From contig JAKITS010000001.1 in assembly GCA_021648085.1 (NCBI GenBank), positions 196,948 to 260,947 on the forward strand: a DNA stretch of 64,000 nucleotides, in the 5' to 3' direction. This document shows positions 28,922-39,332 of this stretch, one piece after another (the first letter of the stretch is position 1; each line of letters opens with the position of its first letter). The notes beneath the pieces are model-generated. The model saw nothing but the letters and a program-made list of their open reading frames with translations, made no database searches and was not told the DNA's origin. Both the position numbers and the translations under genes were made by a program. This DNA is from Candidatus Magasanikiibacteriota bacterium (GTDB lineage: Bacteria; Patescibacteriota; Patescibacteriia; Magasanikbacterales; UBA922).

Positions 28922-29254
28922 ATGGAAGGAGAAAAATCGTACAATCCAAATGAACGAGTGTCTTTGGATGCTTCAAAGTTAAATCAAGAATTGGAAAAAG
29001 TTGGTGCAGAAGAAAGTGTGCAAGTGAATCCAGAATATCAAAAAGAAGCTCAACAACAAGAAGTACAAGAATCTGTAGAAGTTGAGCAGACAGCCAGAGA
29101 CGGTGTTCAAAACATTGGTGGCGGAAGTCCAGAAGTGCAGGCGCAGGGATTTCAAGCTCCAACTGCAGAGCAGATTTCTGAGGCTGAAGAGAATAAGCGT
29201 CGTGAGGAAATGGCAAAAGTCCCACCAAAAAAACCTTGGTGGAAAATTTGGTAA
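28922..29254 (+). CDS. hypothetical acidic protein
   Basis: 110 aa, E/Q-rich; locally higher GC than surroundings. Confidence 0.45.
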   Translation: MEGEKSYNPNERVSLDASKLNQELEKVGAEESVQVNPEYQKEAQQQEVQESVEVEQTARDGVQNIGGGSPEVQAQGFQAPTAEQISEAEENKRREEMAKVPPKKPWWKIW

Positions 29255-29271
29255 AAAGATAAAAATAAAAA

Positions 29272-29297
29272 AAACCACCGTTTCAAGCGGTGGTTTT
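29272..29297. terminator. bidirectional rho-independent terminator
   Basis: aaaccaccg-tttcaa-gcggtggtttt. Confidence 0.7.
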
Positions 29298-29299
29298 GA

Positions 29300-29695
29300 T
29301 TAGAACCCTTTTCTTTTAATATAAAGTAGAAGTGACGCCAGTCCTATTGCGTTTTGACGGTCAACTTCCTTAGTAATAGCTATATGTATTTGATAAAGAA
29401 TTTGAATATATTTTTCTTTATTTTCTGCACATAATATATTTAACTCATTTACATAAAATTTATCATTGTCTTCATAAAAATATATAAGTGTTTGTGCGAG
29501 TTTTTCGGAATTTACTTTTACAGACCTTGTCTGGAAAAGATCATTCAGAAGCCAAGACATAAATAGCCAAACCTGTGTTGGATTTTCTATGTTTGGATTT
29601 TTTTTAATAAGCAGACTTAGTTTTTTGTATAGATCTACTTTTGTCGTGGGCTTTCTGGTTTTGTGAGTTGGAAAATGAAGAACATTTTTAGACAT
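29300..29695 (-). CDS. hypothetical protein
   Basis: 131 aa ORF. Confidence 0.45.
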   Translation of the reverse strand: MSKNVLHFPTHKTRKPTTKVDLYKKLSLLIKKNPNIENPTQVWLFMSWLLNDLFQTRSVKVNSEKLAQTLIYFYEDNDKFYVNELNILCAENKEKYIQILYQIHIAITKEVDRQNAIGLASLLLYIKRKGF

Positions 29696-29786
29696 TACTT
29701 CCTCCTCTATTATTGATTAAAAGAACGCTACTTTTCAGCAACGCTCAATTATTACATTTTTTCACCTGTTTGTCAAGGGTTTTGTA

Positions 29787-30716
29787 TTATTTTCCACCAA
29801 AAATACCTTTAATTTTTCCCCAAACACCTTCTTTAATTGGAGTTGGTCCTTTTATTTCTGTTTGTACTTTTGGTTGGCTTCCTACTGTTGGTGTCTCTGT
29901 TGTTTTTGTTTGGCGAATTGAAACAGCCTCATTTATTTTGTTTGTGACTAACTCTTTCATTCCTTTTCCAAAATCTGCAGATCCGTTTAATATTTCCATT
30001 GCTTTAATACTTATATCTTGATCAGACATTTGCGGGCTTGTTGCTTGTCTTTCAAGTTCTTTCATTTTAGCTTTTAGTGCTGTGGCGTCGAGCAATCCAA
30101 TAATTTTAGTTTTCTCAGCGTCACTTAAATATGGAAGAGTATCTCCACTAAACCCTAAAACATCTTCTTTAAACAGCTTACTTGATTTTGCCAAGTCTAG
30201 TTGCTGGTCAATGAGATTGCCAATTACCTGCTGTCTTTCTGTGTTGGTTAGTTCTAGTTTTGATAACAGCTCTATATTTTCAGAGTCATTAATTTCTTCT
30301 TTTACACCTTCTGCCTCTTTCATTTGAGAGATTTGTTCTGTTTTTTGTACTTTTTCCCAAATCATCTTTCTTGCAATATCTTCTATAGATCTCAATATTT
30401 CACCTGCTTTTTGAATTGTCTCTTCGTCTGTCCACTCTTCTTGCAATACTTTATCTAAAAAAATTTTACTTTCTTGTTCCATTCTAGACTGAGCAGTTCT
30501 TATAAATGTAGCTTTTTCTTCATCTGTAAACTCAGTTCCGGATGGAATTTCGTTTATTTCATTATTAATTAAATTTTCAGCATATTCTTTTGGAGAGGTT
30601 TTAATTTTTCCAGTTAAAATATCTGCCAAATTTTTTGCATCTTGCGACGCATCTTCTGATTCTACGCTTGAGATTTCAAAATTCTCAGTTAAATTTTCTT
30701 TTTTTTCTGTTTCCAT
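29787..30716 (-). CDS. hypothetical acidic coiled-coil protein
   Basis: 309 aa, E/K-rich. Confidence 0.5.
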   Translation of the reverse strand: METEKKENLTENFEISSVESEDASQDAKNLADILTGKIKTSPKEYAENLINNEINEIPSGTEFTDEEKATFIRTAQSRMEQESKIFLDKVLQEEWTDEETIQKAGEILRSIEDIARKMIWEKVQKTEQISQMKEAEGVKEEINDSENIELLSKLELTNTERQQVIGNLIDQQLDLAKSSKLFKEDVLGFSGDTLPYLSDAEKTKIIGLLDATALKAKMKELERQATSPQMSDQDISIKAMEILNGSADFGKGMKELVTNKINEAVSIRQTKTTETPTVGSQPKVQTEIKGPTPIKEGVWGKIKGIFGGK

Positions 30717-30788
30717 ATATTTATAGTTGATTTTTTAGTTAATTTATTCTACAATACCATTATATTTAATATTTTAAAAGTAAATGTT

Positions 30789-31343
30789 ATGAAAAGAGTA
30801 ATGATTGTATTGTTAGTTGTATTCGCATTGGTAGGTTTTTATGCCTTCAATATATATAATAAGATGGTGACAGCAAATGAGCAAGTGGATGGGCAGTGGG
30901 CCCAGGTAGAAACACAATATCAAAGGCGTTTTGACCTTATCCCAAATTTGGTAAATTCTGTAAAAGGAGCAATGGAGCAAGAGAAGGAAGTTTTTGCAAA
31001 TATTACAGATGCTAGAACAAAATATTCAGGAGCTGTGACTCCAGAAGAGAAAGTTCAAGCTACAAATCAAGTGGAATCATCACTTGGAAGATTGCTGCTT
31101 GTAATGGAAAATTATCCAAATTTGAAATCTATAGATACAGTTCAGTCTCTAATGGTTCAACTAGAAGGAACAGAGAATAGAATTGCAGTGGAGCGTAAGA
31201 GGTATAATGATGAAGTAAAAATATTTAATACACTTGTAAAGCGTGTTCCAGCAAAATTCTTTGCAAGTATGTTTGGATTTGAAGAGAGAACATACTTTGC
31301 ATCAGTAGAAGGATCAGAAAAAGCCGTGGAAGTAAATCTTTAA
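30789..31343 (+). CDS. LemA family protein
   Basis: N-terminal TM then QVDGQWAQVETQYQRRFDLIPNLV..ENYPNLKS pattern typical of LemA. Confidence 0.8.
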   Translation: MKRVMIVLLVVFALVGFYAFNIYNKMVTANEQVDGQWAQVETQYQRRFDLIPNLVNSVKGAMEQEKEVFANITDARTKYSGAVTPEEKVQATNQVESSLGRLLLVMENYPNLKSIDTVQSLMVQLEGTENRIAVERKRYNDEVKIFNTLVKRVPAKFFASMFGFEERTYFASVEGSEKAVEVNL

Positions 31344-31355
31344 TAATCTAAAGTT

Positions 31356-32234
31356 ATGAATCGTATAAAAGCACTAGCTTTTCTAATTACAGCCACACTA
31401 TTATTTCCAGTGGCTGTTTTTGGTTATGCAAATCCGGGTACGCCAACTGGTTTTGTAAATGATTTTGCAGATATGTTTTCCCAAGAACAGGAAGATGTAC
31501 TAAATCAAAAACTAACAAATTTTGAAAAAGAAACTAGCAACGAAATCGCTATTGTGACAGTTCCAAATTTGGGCGAGGATACAATAGAAAATTTTGCAGT
31601 AGAATTGTTTGCAGAGTGGGGAATAGGGAAAAAGAAAAATGACAACGGAGTCTTGCTTTTAATATCTCGAGATGACAGGAAAATGAGGATAGAGGTTGGT
31701 TATGGTTTGGAGGGTGCGCTTACAGATCTGCAAAGTCATCAAATTATACAAAATTTCCTCGTTCCAAATTTTAAACAAGAGTTATATTTTGAGGGCGTAA
31801 ATAGTGCGCTAGATGTAATGATTGGTGCGACAAAAGGGGAATATGAAGCAATAAACAAAGCAGAAACAGCACAAACTGGCTACGATTATCAAACTATATT
31901 TTTCTTTGTAATTTTTGTAGTTATATCGATTACTAGTATTTTGAGTGCTTCCAAATCTTGGTGGGCAGGTGGTGTTTTGGGTGGAATAGGTGGAATTGTA
32001 ATTGGGTTTATTTACGGATTTTTATTTACTGGAATTATATCTATTGCTGTTTTAATTCCACTTGGGCTAATGTTCGATTTTTTTGTTTCTAAATCTCACA
32101 GTAAACATAAATCTCTGGGAACTGTGCCATGGTGGATAGGAATGGGTCGTGGAGGTAGAGGTGGACGAGGTGGTGGTTTTGGAGGTTTTGGTGGTGGAAT
32201 GTCTGGCGGAGGCGGATCTAGTGGAAGTTGGTAA
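31356..32234 (+). CDS. TPM-domain (YgcG-like) membrane protein with glycine-rich tail
   Basis: FVNDFADMFS..IAIVTVPNL..GVLLLISRDDRKMRIEVGYGLEG TPM motif, C-terminal TM and GRGGRGGRGGGFGGFGGG tail; LemA-TPM pairing is common. Confidence 0.75.
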   Translation: MNRIKALAFLITATLLFPVAVFGYANPGTPTGFVNDFADMFSQEQEDVLNQKLTNFEKETSNEIAIVTVPNLGEDTIENFAVELFAEWGIGKKKNDNGVLLLISRDDRKMRIEVGYGLEGALTDLQSHQIIQNFLVPNFKQELYFEGVNSALDVMIGATKGEYEAINKAETAQTGYDYQTIFFFVIFVVISITSILSASKSWWAGGVLGGIGGIVIGFIYGFLFTGIISIAVLIPLGLMFDFFVSKSHSKHKSLGTVPWWIGMGRGGRGGRGGGFGGFGGGMSGGGGSSGSW

Positions 32235-32298
32235 GTAGAAGTTCCAAATGTTCGAATTGTTTTCCACTTCTCTTGTTCTAAATGGTAGAATTTTTAAT

Positions 32299-32352
32299 CA
32301 CGTCATCCTGAGCGAAATGGAGCAAAGCGGAATGAAGTCGAATGGATCCCCT
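32299..32352. repeat. REP-like family A unit
   Basis: cgtcatcctgagcgaaatggagcaaagcggaatgaagtcgaatggatcccc. Confidence 0.8.
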
Positions 32353-32449
32353 AATTTGACTCACCAAAATATAAATAATTAAATCAAAGTAATGTTTCCA
32401 TTTTCTTTTCTTAACTTTAAACCTTAAGAACTTTATAACTTTTACAAAT

Positions 32450-33013
32450 ATGTTTAGTGAAATAATATACAATGCAATAAAAAAAACCACTCTTCTTCAT
32501 GAAGGGCAAACTAGAAAAGATCTGGAGAAGACTCCATATATTTCGCATTTGGTAGGTGTTGCTCTAATTTTGTCGCAATATACTTCGGACGAAGATATTA
32601 TAATTGCTGGCTTGCTTCACGATACAATAGAGGATACAAGCTACACGCCAGAAGATTTGGAGCGAGATTTTGGTAAAAAAATAAAAGATATCGTAATGGG
32701 TGTGACAGAGGATAAAAATATAAAAAACTGGAAAGAGAGAAAGCAGAATTATCTGGACAATTTGAAAACTGCTCCTGAAGAAAGTTTGCTGGTTGCTACC
32801 GCAGACAAGATTCACAATATGACCTCACTTTCAATTGATTTTAGAGGGCTAGATGAAGGTGTTTTAAAAAAGTTTAGTTCAAATGTACAAGAAAGAATTT
32901 GGTTTCATGAAGAGGTTTTGAAAATATTAGAAAATAGTACGCAAAATAAAATCATAGAAGAATATAAAAAAGTTTTTAATAAGTCTAAAGAAAAATTTAT
33001 TACATCATCTTGA
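32450..33013 (+). CDS. HD-domain (p)ppGpp hydrolase, small alarmone hydrolase (SpoT/Mesh1-like)
   Basis: YISHLVGVALIL..DEDIIIAGLLHDTIEDT..DFGKKIKDIVMGVT matches the SpoT/RelA hydrolase HD motif. Confidence 0.75.
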   Translation: MFSEIIYNAIKKTTLLHEGQTRKDLEKTPYISHLVGVALILSQYTSDEDIIIAGLLHDTIEDTSYTPEDLERDFGKKIKDIVMGVTEDKNIKNWKERKQNYLDNLKTAPEESLLVATADKIHNMTSLSIDFRGLDEGVLKKFSSNVQERIWFHEEVLKILENSTQNKIIEEYKKVFNKSKEKFITSS

Positions 33014-33014
33014 G

Positions 33015-33325
33015 TTTCTTCTGTCATTTCGAACCAAAGTGAGAAATCTCTTAAACATTGATTCAAACACACTCTCTTTTAACGATAATACTAAAATATT
33101 CTTACTTTACCTTTTGACACCAAAAGGTAACCAAAAGTGCCGAACGGTTGACAATTTTAGGCTTAATTTTATATAAACATTTATTTTGCTCGCCGCAATT
33201 CGCTACACTCGCAATCCTTTTGTATACTCAAAAGGACCGTAAATATTTATAAAAAATTAGTCCAACCAGCCTATCCAGCAGGCAGGAAATTTCAAATGTT
33301 GGGGAGGTTTAGGAGGGGAAAAAGA
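33015..33325. repeat. dispersed intergenic repeat, family B, copy 3 (long form)
   Basis: Full-length alignment to 11701-12000; begins 2 nt after the stop of the HD gene. Confidence 0.8.
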
Positions 33326-33333
33326 GAATAATC

Positions 33334-33380
33334 ACGTCATATTGAGCGAAGCAAAGCGAAGTCGAAATATCCCCGTACAT
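33334..33380. repeat. REP-like family A unit
   Basis: cgtcatattgagcgaagcaaagcgaagtcgaaatatccccgtaca (exact reverse complement of the 21271-type arm). Confidence 0.8.
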
Positions 33381-33475
33381 TATCATCAAAATATAAATAA
33401 TCAAAATAAAATATTTGCCCTTTTTTACTTTATAAACTTTACGAACTTTTAACTTTAAAAACTAATATTAATTTT

Positions 33476-33739
33476 ATGCCAAAAAAAACAAAACAAAAAA
33501 TAAGTAAAAAATTGCAAAAAGAAATAAAGTCTAATTTTGTAAAATATATTGGAGCTGGTTTTGGACTTGTTGCCTCGTTTGCTTGGAACGACGCTATAAA
33601 ATCACTAATTGAAGCTGTATTCCCAGTAAGCGGTCAATATGTGTGGGCAAAATTCGCTTATGCTGTCGTTATGACTTTGGTTGTTGTTGTGCTTATGGTT
33701 TACATTGTGAGAATTTTAAAAGTTGAAGAAGAAAAATAA
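33476..33739 (+). CDS. small membrane protein
   Basis: 87 aa, K-rich N-terminus, two TM helices. Confidence 0.5.
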   Translation: MPKKTKQKISKKLQKEIKSNFVKYIGAGFGLVASFAWNDAIKSLIEAVFPVSGQYVWAKFAYAVVMTLVVVVLMVYIVRILKVEEEK

Positions 33740-33755
33740 ATATATATTTTCTTTA

Positions 33756-33796
33756 TGTCATCCTGAGCGGAGCAGAGCGAAGTCGAATGGATCTTG
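33756..33796. repeat. REP-like family A unit
   Basis: gtcatcctgagcggagcagagcgaagtcgaatggatc. Confidence 0.8.
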
Positions 33797-33837
33797 CAAT
33801 AAAATCACTAAAATATTGAATTAAGTAATTTTTTTAA

Positions 33838-34578
33838 ATGCATACTTTACGAGCAAAATTTAAGAATGAAATAATTGCAGAATTTCTACCACCAAAACAT
33901 AATTCAGATAAAATTGTGATTTTGTGTGATGGTTTGCCGACACTTCCAAACAAGAAAAAGTTGTTGAAATTTTTTTCAAAAAAAGGTTTTTGGGTTTTTC
34001 ACTTGCGATACCGCGGGACTTGGGAAAGTGGTGGAGAATTTCTACAAAATTCACCAGAGCAAGATGTGTTGGACATAATAGACGAGTTGCCAAAAGGCTT
34101 CAAAGATGGCTGGAACGGCGATAAGTACAAGGTAAATCCAAAAGAGGTGTGTGTGGTCGGATCTAGCTTTGGTGGAGCTACGGCGCTAATGTGCGCGCGG
34201 AGTGATTTGGTAAAAAAAGTTGTAGCATTTTCTCCGCTTGTGGACTGGACAGAGCCAAGTGAAGAAGAACCTTTGGATAAATTTGTGGAGCAAATAAAAA
34301 ATTCATTTTATAATGCTTATAGATCCACAGACAAAAATTGGCAAAAGCTTTTGACGGGCAAATTTTTCAATCCTATAAATCATATAAATGAAATAGATGG
34401 TAAAAAAGTTTTGGTCTTCCATGCCAAAGACGATAAAATAATAAACTTCAATCCAGTCCAAAATTTCTGCAAAAAAATAGGTGCAACTTTTATACTAAAA
34501 AAGAAGGGTGGGCATTTTTCTCTATCAAAATTGATGAGGTTTGGTTTTTGGTGGAAAGTGAGAAAGTTTTTGAAATAA
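33838..34578 (+). CDS. alpha/beta hydrolase (dienelactone hydrolase / S9-like)
   Basis: GxSxG nucleophile elbow VVGSSFGG, C-terminal D and H (KDDKII, GGHF). Confidence 0.65.
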   Translation: MHTLRAKFKNEIIAEFLPPKHNSDKIVILCDGLPTLPNKKKLLKFFSKKGFWVFHLRYRGTWESGGEFLQNSPEQDVLDIIDELPKGFKDGWNGDKYKVNPKEVCVVGSSFGGATALMCARSDLVKKVVAFSPLVDWTEPSEEEPLDKFVEQIKNSFYNAYRSTDKNWQKLLTGKFFNPINHINEIDGKKVLVFHAKDDKIINFNPVQNFCKKIGATFILKKKGGHFSLSKLMRFGFWWKVRKFLK

Positions 34579-34595
34579 AATAAATTTATTTTATT

Positions 34596-35291
34596 ATGCA
34601 TATTTTTCTGGATGAAAGTGGACAATTTCATAAAAACGATTCAGAGGACTATTTTGTAATAGGCTCTTTTACTGTTGGGGATCACAAAAGAACCAAAAAA
34701 AGATTTAAATCTTGGTCTAAAGATAAATTTCCTAAAAAAATAAGATTTAGACCTGAAATAAAGTTTTCTGATTCTGGTATTTCTGATGAATTAAGAATTA
34801 AAACAGTTAAATTTATTTCTAAGTTAGATGTTAGGATTCGTTTTTCTTTTTTGAAAAGGCAAAATATACCAGAAGAATACAAAAGAAAAGAGAAAATTCA
34901 AACGGGCTTACTTTATACAAAAATAGTTGCAGAAACATTGGAAATGTATACTTCTTCTGCAAGTGATCTATTATTTCATGTTTTTTGTGATCAAAGAAAA
35001 TTAAAAGGTGTAAGTAAGAAAGAATTTGTAAATAACATAAAAATTCATTTATTACCTAGTTTGCCAAGCGGTGCAAATATTAAAATAGAAAGAGTTAATT
35101 CAAGAGATTTTCCAAATGTTCAATTAGCAGACTGGATTGTTGGTGTTATAGCATCTTATTTAAATAAAAAACCGTTAGGAGAGGAATTATTTGGTATTTT
35201 GCAAAATAATATTCTTGCTGAAGGAAGAGAAATGTTTAAAGATTATTGGGAAAATAAATTTAACAACCAAAAAACTCAATCGGGGGATTGA
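34596..35291 (+). CDS. DUF3800 family protein
   Basis: MHIFLDESG N-terminus and ..VQLADWIVG.. C-terminal motif characteristic of DUF3800. Confidence 0.6.
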   Translation: MHIFLDESGQFHKNDSEDYFVIGSFTVGDHKRTKKRFKSWSKDKFPKKIRFRPEIKFSDSGISDELRIKTVKFISKLDVRIRFSFLKRQNIPEEYKRKEKIQTGLLYTKIVAETLEMYTSSASDLLFHVFCDQRKLKGVSKKEFVNNIKIHLLPSLPSGANIKIERVNSRDFPNVQLADWIVGVIASYLNKKPLGEELFGILQNNILAEGREMFKDYWENKFNNQKTQSGD

Positions 35292-35557
35292 GGTGTTTGG
35301 TGAAGTAGCGTCTAACATTATGGTATTCCTTAGCTTAAGTCTCAGATGGTCTGAGGGAATACTAAGGCATAAATGAAAGTTATTATTGCATACTTCAATT
35401 TCAATATACTACAATGTCGTGCATTTGTCAAAGTTATCCACAGTTTTAAGTATAATTATAAAAATAAAACAACTTATAAATAAAAAATATTGGAATTAAA
35501 ATTTTCAATATTTTTGCTTTTAAGGTAAAGTAGAAGAACATTTTAAATAAAAATTTT

Positions 35558-38500
35558 ATGGGTGGTGAATATAACAATTTAGTTTTGGAGTATCTTAATA
35601 ATGTTCAAAAGATATTAGATACTGGAGATGCACGTGAGCATACTTATAGATCTGATTTCAAGATATTGATTGAAAGTTTAGTTTCAAATATTCAGGCAAT
35701 AAATGAGCCAGCCTATACAGGTGGAAATGCGCCTGATTTTTTGTTTAAAAAAGGTGATACACCAATTGCTTATGCAGAGTGCAAGGATGTGACGGTAGAT
35801 ATAAAAAATACAGATACACAAAAACAGGCAAAACGTTATGCAGATGCTTTTGGGAAAATTTTACTTACAAATTATTATGATTTTCAATTTATTCCAGAAG
35901 AGGGAGAAAAAATATCTGTTTCAATTGCGGTAAAAGAGGAAAATAAAATTGTACCAACAGAAGAAAATTTTGATAAATTCGTAAATTTGATTCAGGATTA
36001 TATAACTCCGTCTTATAGAACAATTAAATCTGCAAAAAGATTGGCAGAAATAATGGCAAGTAAAGCGCGGATTATTCGTGACAATGCTTTGGCTTCACTT
36101 AGTGAAAATAAAGACTCAGACATTTTTGCTCAATACGAATCATTTAAACAAGTTCTTATTCGTGATCTTTCGGAAAATGAGTTTGCGGATATGTATGCTC
36201 AAACTCTTGTTTATGGGTTGTTTGTGGCTCGTTATTATGATAAAACAGAGAAAGATTTTTCTCGTCACGAAGCTCAAGATTTATTACCTTCATCCAATCC
36301 ACTTTTGAAAAAGTTTTTTGGACATGTGGCTGGCACAGATTATGATCCCAAAATTGCGTGGTTGGTAGATAGTTTGATAGAAACTTATTCGTCTACAAGT
36401 GTAGCATATATAATGCACAAAGAGTTTGAGAAAAAACAAAAAGATCCTGTTCTTCATTTTTATGAAACTTTTTTGACTAGTTATGACAAAGGACTTCGTA
36501 AAAAAAGAGGAGTGTATTATACGCCCGAGCCGGTAGTTTCTTTTATTGTTCGTAGTGTGGACCAGATTTTAAAAACTAAATTTGGTTTAAGTAAAGGACT
36601 TGCTGATACCACAAAAATAGAATATAAAGCCAAAGTTCAAGGAGAAGATGGTAGAACAAAAGATAACGTAAAAAGGATAATAAAACAAACATATAAAGTA
36701 CAAATTCTAGATCCTGCGGTAGGAACTGGTACATTTTTAAATGAAGTAATTCATGAAATACACAAAAAATTTGTTGGACAAGAAGGTCAGTGGGATTCTT
36801 ATGTTCGAGATAGCTTACTTTCGCGTTTGCACGGTTTTGAGCTGATGATGGCAAGTTATACTATGGCTCACCTTAAACTTGGGATTACGCTAAAAGAACT
36901 TGGTTATAAAGGAGATGAAAGGCTGTCTGTATGGCTTACTAATAGCTTAGAAGGTGCAATAGATAAAATACCCGATCTTTTTATGGGGCAATGGCTAACA
37001 AAAGAATCAAACCAAGCTTCAAAAATTAAATCTGAAATGCCAATTATGGTTGTGTTGGGTAATCCTCCTTATTCTGGTGAAAGTTCTAATAAAAATTATA
37101 AAGGACATAATGTTTATAAAGTAGAACCGGGAGGGAATCAAAAACTTCAAGAGCGAAATTCGAAATGGCTTAACGATGATTATGTAAAATTTATTCGTTT
37201 TGCTGAAAATCAAATAGAAAAAACGGGAGAAGGAATTGTAAGCTTTATCACACCTCATGGATATTTAGATAATCCAACTTTCAGAGGTATGCGTTGGCAT
37301 TTAATGGAAACTTTTAGTGAAATTTATGTTTTAGATTTGCATGGGAATGCAAATAAAAACGAGACAACTTCTGAAGGAGGAAAAGATGAAAATGTCTTTG
37401 GAATTAAAACAGGAACTTCTATAATTTTTGCAATAAAAAATAAAAATTCAAAAAACAAAACTGCAAAAGTTTACCATGCTGATTTTTATGGAAAACAAAA
37501 TAAAAAATATAATTTATTAAATGAAAATAATTGGGAATCTATAAAATGGAAAAAATTATCTCCAAATAAACCAAATCTTTATTTTATACCGTTTAATAAC
37601 GAGTTGAAAAAAGAATATAATGAAGGTTTTTCAATTGTAGATTTAATGGAAACAAATTCAGTAGGTATTGTGACTTCTCGCGATAAATTTATTATCAATA
37701 ATTCAAGAGAAAAACTTATAATTAAAATAAAAGATTTTTTAATGCTTGATCCTGATAAAGCAAAACAAAAATATAATTTACGAGAAAACCAAAACTGGAA
37801 AATTATAAAGGCACAAAAACATATTTTTGATGAAAAAAATCTTCAAAAAATTTCCTATCGCCCGTTTGATAATAGGTGGATATATTATCATAATGATTTT
37901 ATCGAGCGTTCTAGAAAAGAAACAATGAAACATTTTAATAATAAAAATAATGTAGGATTAGTTTTGTGTAGGCAGGTTAAAGCTGGTAAATCATATCAAC
38001 ATAATTTTATAACTAACAATATTACAGAATCAACATTGGTTTCTAATAAAACATCAGAAATTGGATATGTATTTCCTTTATATTCTTATGTAAATGATAG
38101 CATCAAAAATTATAATTTTAACATAGACATAATAGGAGAAATTAAAAATAAAGTTGGAGCCACTTTAGTATCACGTAGTTCAAATAATCCAACTCTACAA
38201 ATTACTGATGGTAGTATTTTTACACCAGAAAATATTTTGGATTATATTTATGCAGTTCTTCATTCTCCAAAATATCGTGAAAAATACAAAGAATTTTTGA
38301 AAATAGATTTCCCCCGTGTTCCATATCCAGAAAATAAGCAAAAATTTTGGAATTTAGTTGGGTTAGGAAAAGAATTGAGAGAATTGCATTTATTAGAATC
38401 TCCAAAAGTTTCAAATTTTATCACAACTTTCCCAGAAAGTGGTTCAAATAAAGTTGAAAAGAAATATCCAAAATACGAAGATGAAAAAGTATTTATAAAT

Positions 38501-38692
38501 TATACTCAATATTTTGGCAATGTTCCAGAAGTTGCCTGGAACTTCTACATCGGCGGATACCAACCAGCCCAAAAATGGCTCAAAGACCGCCGAGAACGAG
38601 AACTAAGCAATGAAGACATAGATCACTACCAAGAAATGATAGTCTCCCTAACCGAAACCCACCGAATTATGCAGGAAATTGATAAAGTTTAA
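35558..38692 (+). CDS. Type IIL/IIG restriction-modification enzyme (MmeI-like; fused PD-ExK nuclease, N6-adenine methyltransferase and specificity domain)
   Basis: N-terminal D..ExK (NAPDFLFKKGDTPIAYAECKD), AdoMet motif I ILDPAVGTGTFL, motif IV VLGNPPYSG, about 400-aa C-terminal target-recognition region; no helicase domain. Confidence 0.75.
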   Translation: MGGEYNNLVLEYLNNVQKILDTGDAREHTYRSDFKILIESLVSNIQAINEPAYTGGNAPDFLFKKGDTPIAYAECKDVTVDIKNTDTQKQAKRYADAFGKILLTNYYDFQFIPEEGEKISVSIAVKEENKIVPTEENFDKFVNLIQDYITPSYRTIKSAKRLAEIMASKARIIRDNALASLSENKDSDIFAQYESFKQVLIRDLSENEFADMYAQTLVYGLFVARYYDKTEKDFSRHEAQDLLPSSNPLLKKFFGHVAGTDYDPKIAWLVDSLIETYSSTSVAYIMHKEFEKKQKDPVLHFYETFLTSYDKGLRKKRGVYYTPEPVVSFIVRSVDQILKTKFGLSKGLADTTKIEYKAKVQGEDGRTKDNVKRIIKQTYKVQILDPAVGTGTFLNEVIHEIHKKFVGQEGQWDSYVRDSLLSRLHGFELMMASYTMAHLKLGITLKELGYKGDERLSVWLTNSLEGAIDKIPDLFMGQWLTKESNQASKIKSEMPIMVVLGNPPYSGESSNKNYKGHNVYKVEPGGNQKLQERNSKWLNDDYVKFIRFAENQIEKTGEGIVSFITPHGYLDNPTFRGMRWHLMETFSEIYVLDLHGNANKNETTSEGGKDENVFGIKTGTSIIFAIKNKNSKNKTAKVYHADFYGKQNKKYNLLNENNWESIKWKKLSPNKPNLYFIPFNNELKKEYNEGFSIVDLMETNSVGIVTSRDKFIINNSREKLIIKIKDFLMLDPDKAKQKYNLRENQNWKIIKAQKHIFDEKNLQKISYRPFDNRWIYYHNDFIERSRKETMKHFNNKNNVGLVLCRQVKAGKSYQHNFITNNITESTLVSNKTSEIGYVFPLYSYVNDSIKNYNFNIDIIGEIKNKVGATLVSRSSNNPTLQITDGSIFTPENILDYIYAVLHSPKYREKYKEFLKIDFPRVPYPENKQKFWNLVGLGKELRELHLLESPKVSNFITTFPESGSNKVEKKYPKYEDEKVFINYTQYFGNVPEVAWNFYIGGYQPAQKWLKDRRERELSNEDIDHYQEMIVSLTETHRIMQEIDKV

Positions 38693-39317
38693 AATTGATA
38701 TGAAAAAAGAATTATATTATTTTCCTAATTGGGTTATAATTGACTATCTCTCCCATATTACTTCTAATAAAATACAAGATACTGATAATATTGAAATGAT
38801 ATGTTCTTTGGTCATGTCTAAATTTTGTGAAAGGCAATTTGGAAAAGAATGTTTTATAGGATTTGAGGTAAAGGAAAGTTATAAAAGAAAATTACCAAAA
38901 GATAATCTTATGTCTGAGCAAGATTTTATCAATCTTATAAAAGATGGTTTTTTTAAAGATACTCCAATAGATTTTTCTATTGCAATTCCTTCTAAAAAAG
39001 GCAGAATTGATTTTCAATTAAAAAGATTTGGGAAATCTTTAAAACAAAATAATACTAATGATTTAATTAATTATATTAACGACCTTTCAAAAGAATATGG
39101 AGATACTGATTGTAATTTAATAATACTCTGTGAATCTTGTGAAGTGAGTCCATTGACTGTATCTCAAAAAATTTGTATTAAAAATTACCCATTTAAAAAA
39201 ATAATTTTAATAGATGTGGAGGGGTCAAAATATATTTATTATCATGGTATATGGTCAGATAAGGGGGAAAGTGGAACATCAAGATTTAATATGCAAACGA
39301 TGAAATTTGATTATTAA
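38679..39317 (+). CDS. hypothetical protein, co-operonic with the RM enzyme
   Basis: 212 aa; start overlaps RM stop by 14 nt (alternative Met 38700); no recognised motif (weak D..EVK possibility). Confidence 0.5.
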   Translation: MIKFKIDMKKELYYFPNWVIIDYLSHITSNKIQDTDNIEMICSLVMSKFCERQFGKECFIGFEVKESYKRKLPKDNLMSEQDFINLIKDGFFKDTPIDFSIAIPSKKGRIDFQLKRFGKSLKQNNTNDLINYINDLSKEYGDTDCNLIILCESCEVSPLTVSQKICIKNYPFKKIILIDVEGSKYIYYHGIWSDKGESGTSRFNMQTMKFDY

Positions 39318-39332
39318 GGTTTTTTAAATAAT

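Noticed and set aside
28920-29278. Two overlapping minus-strand ORFs (102 and 99 aa) antisense to the acidic protein gene
   Set aside because: Open antisense frames caused by locally elevated GC; the plus-strand ORF has a terminator directly downstream.
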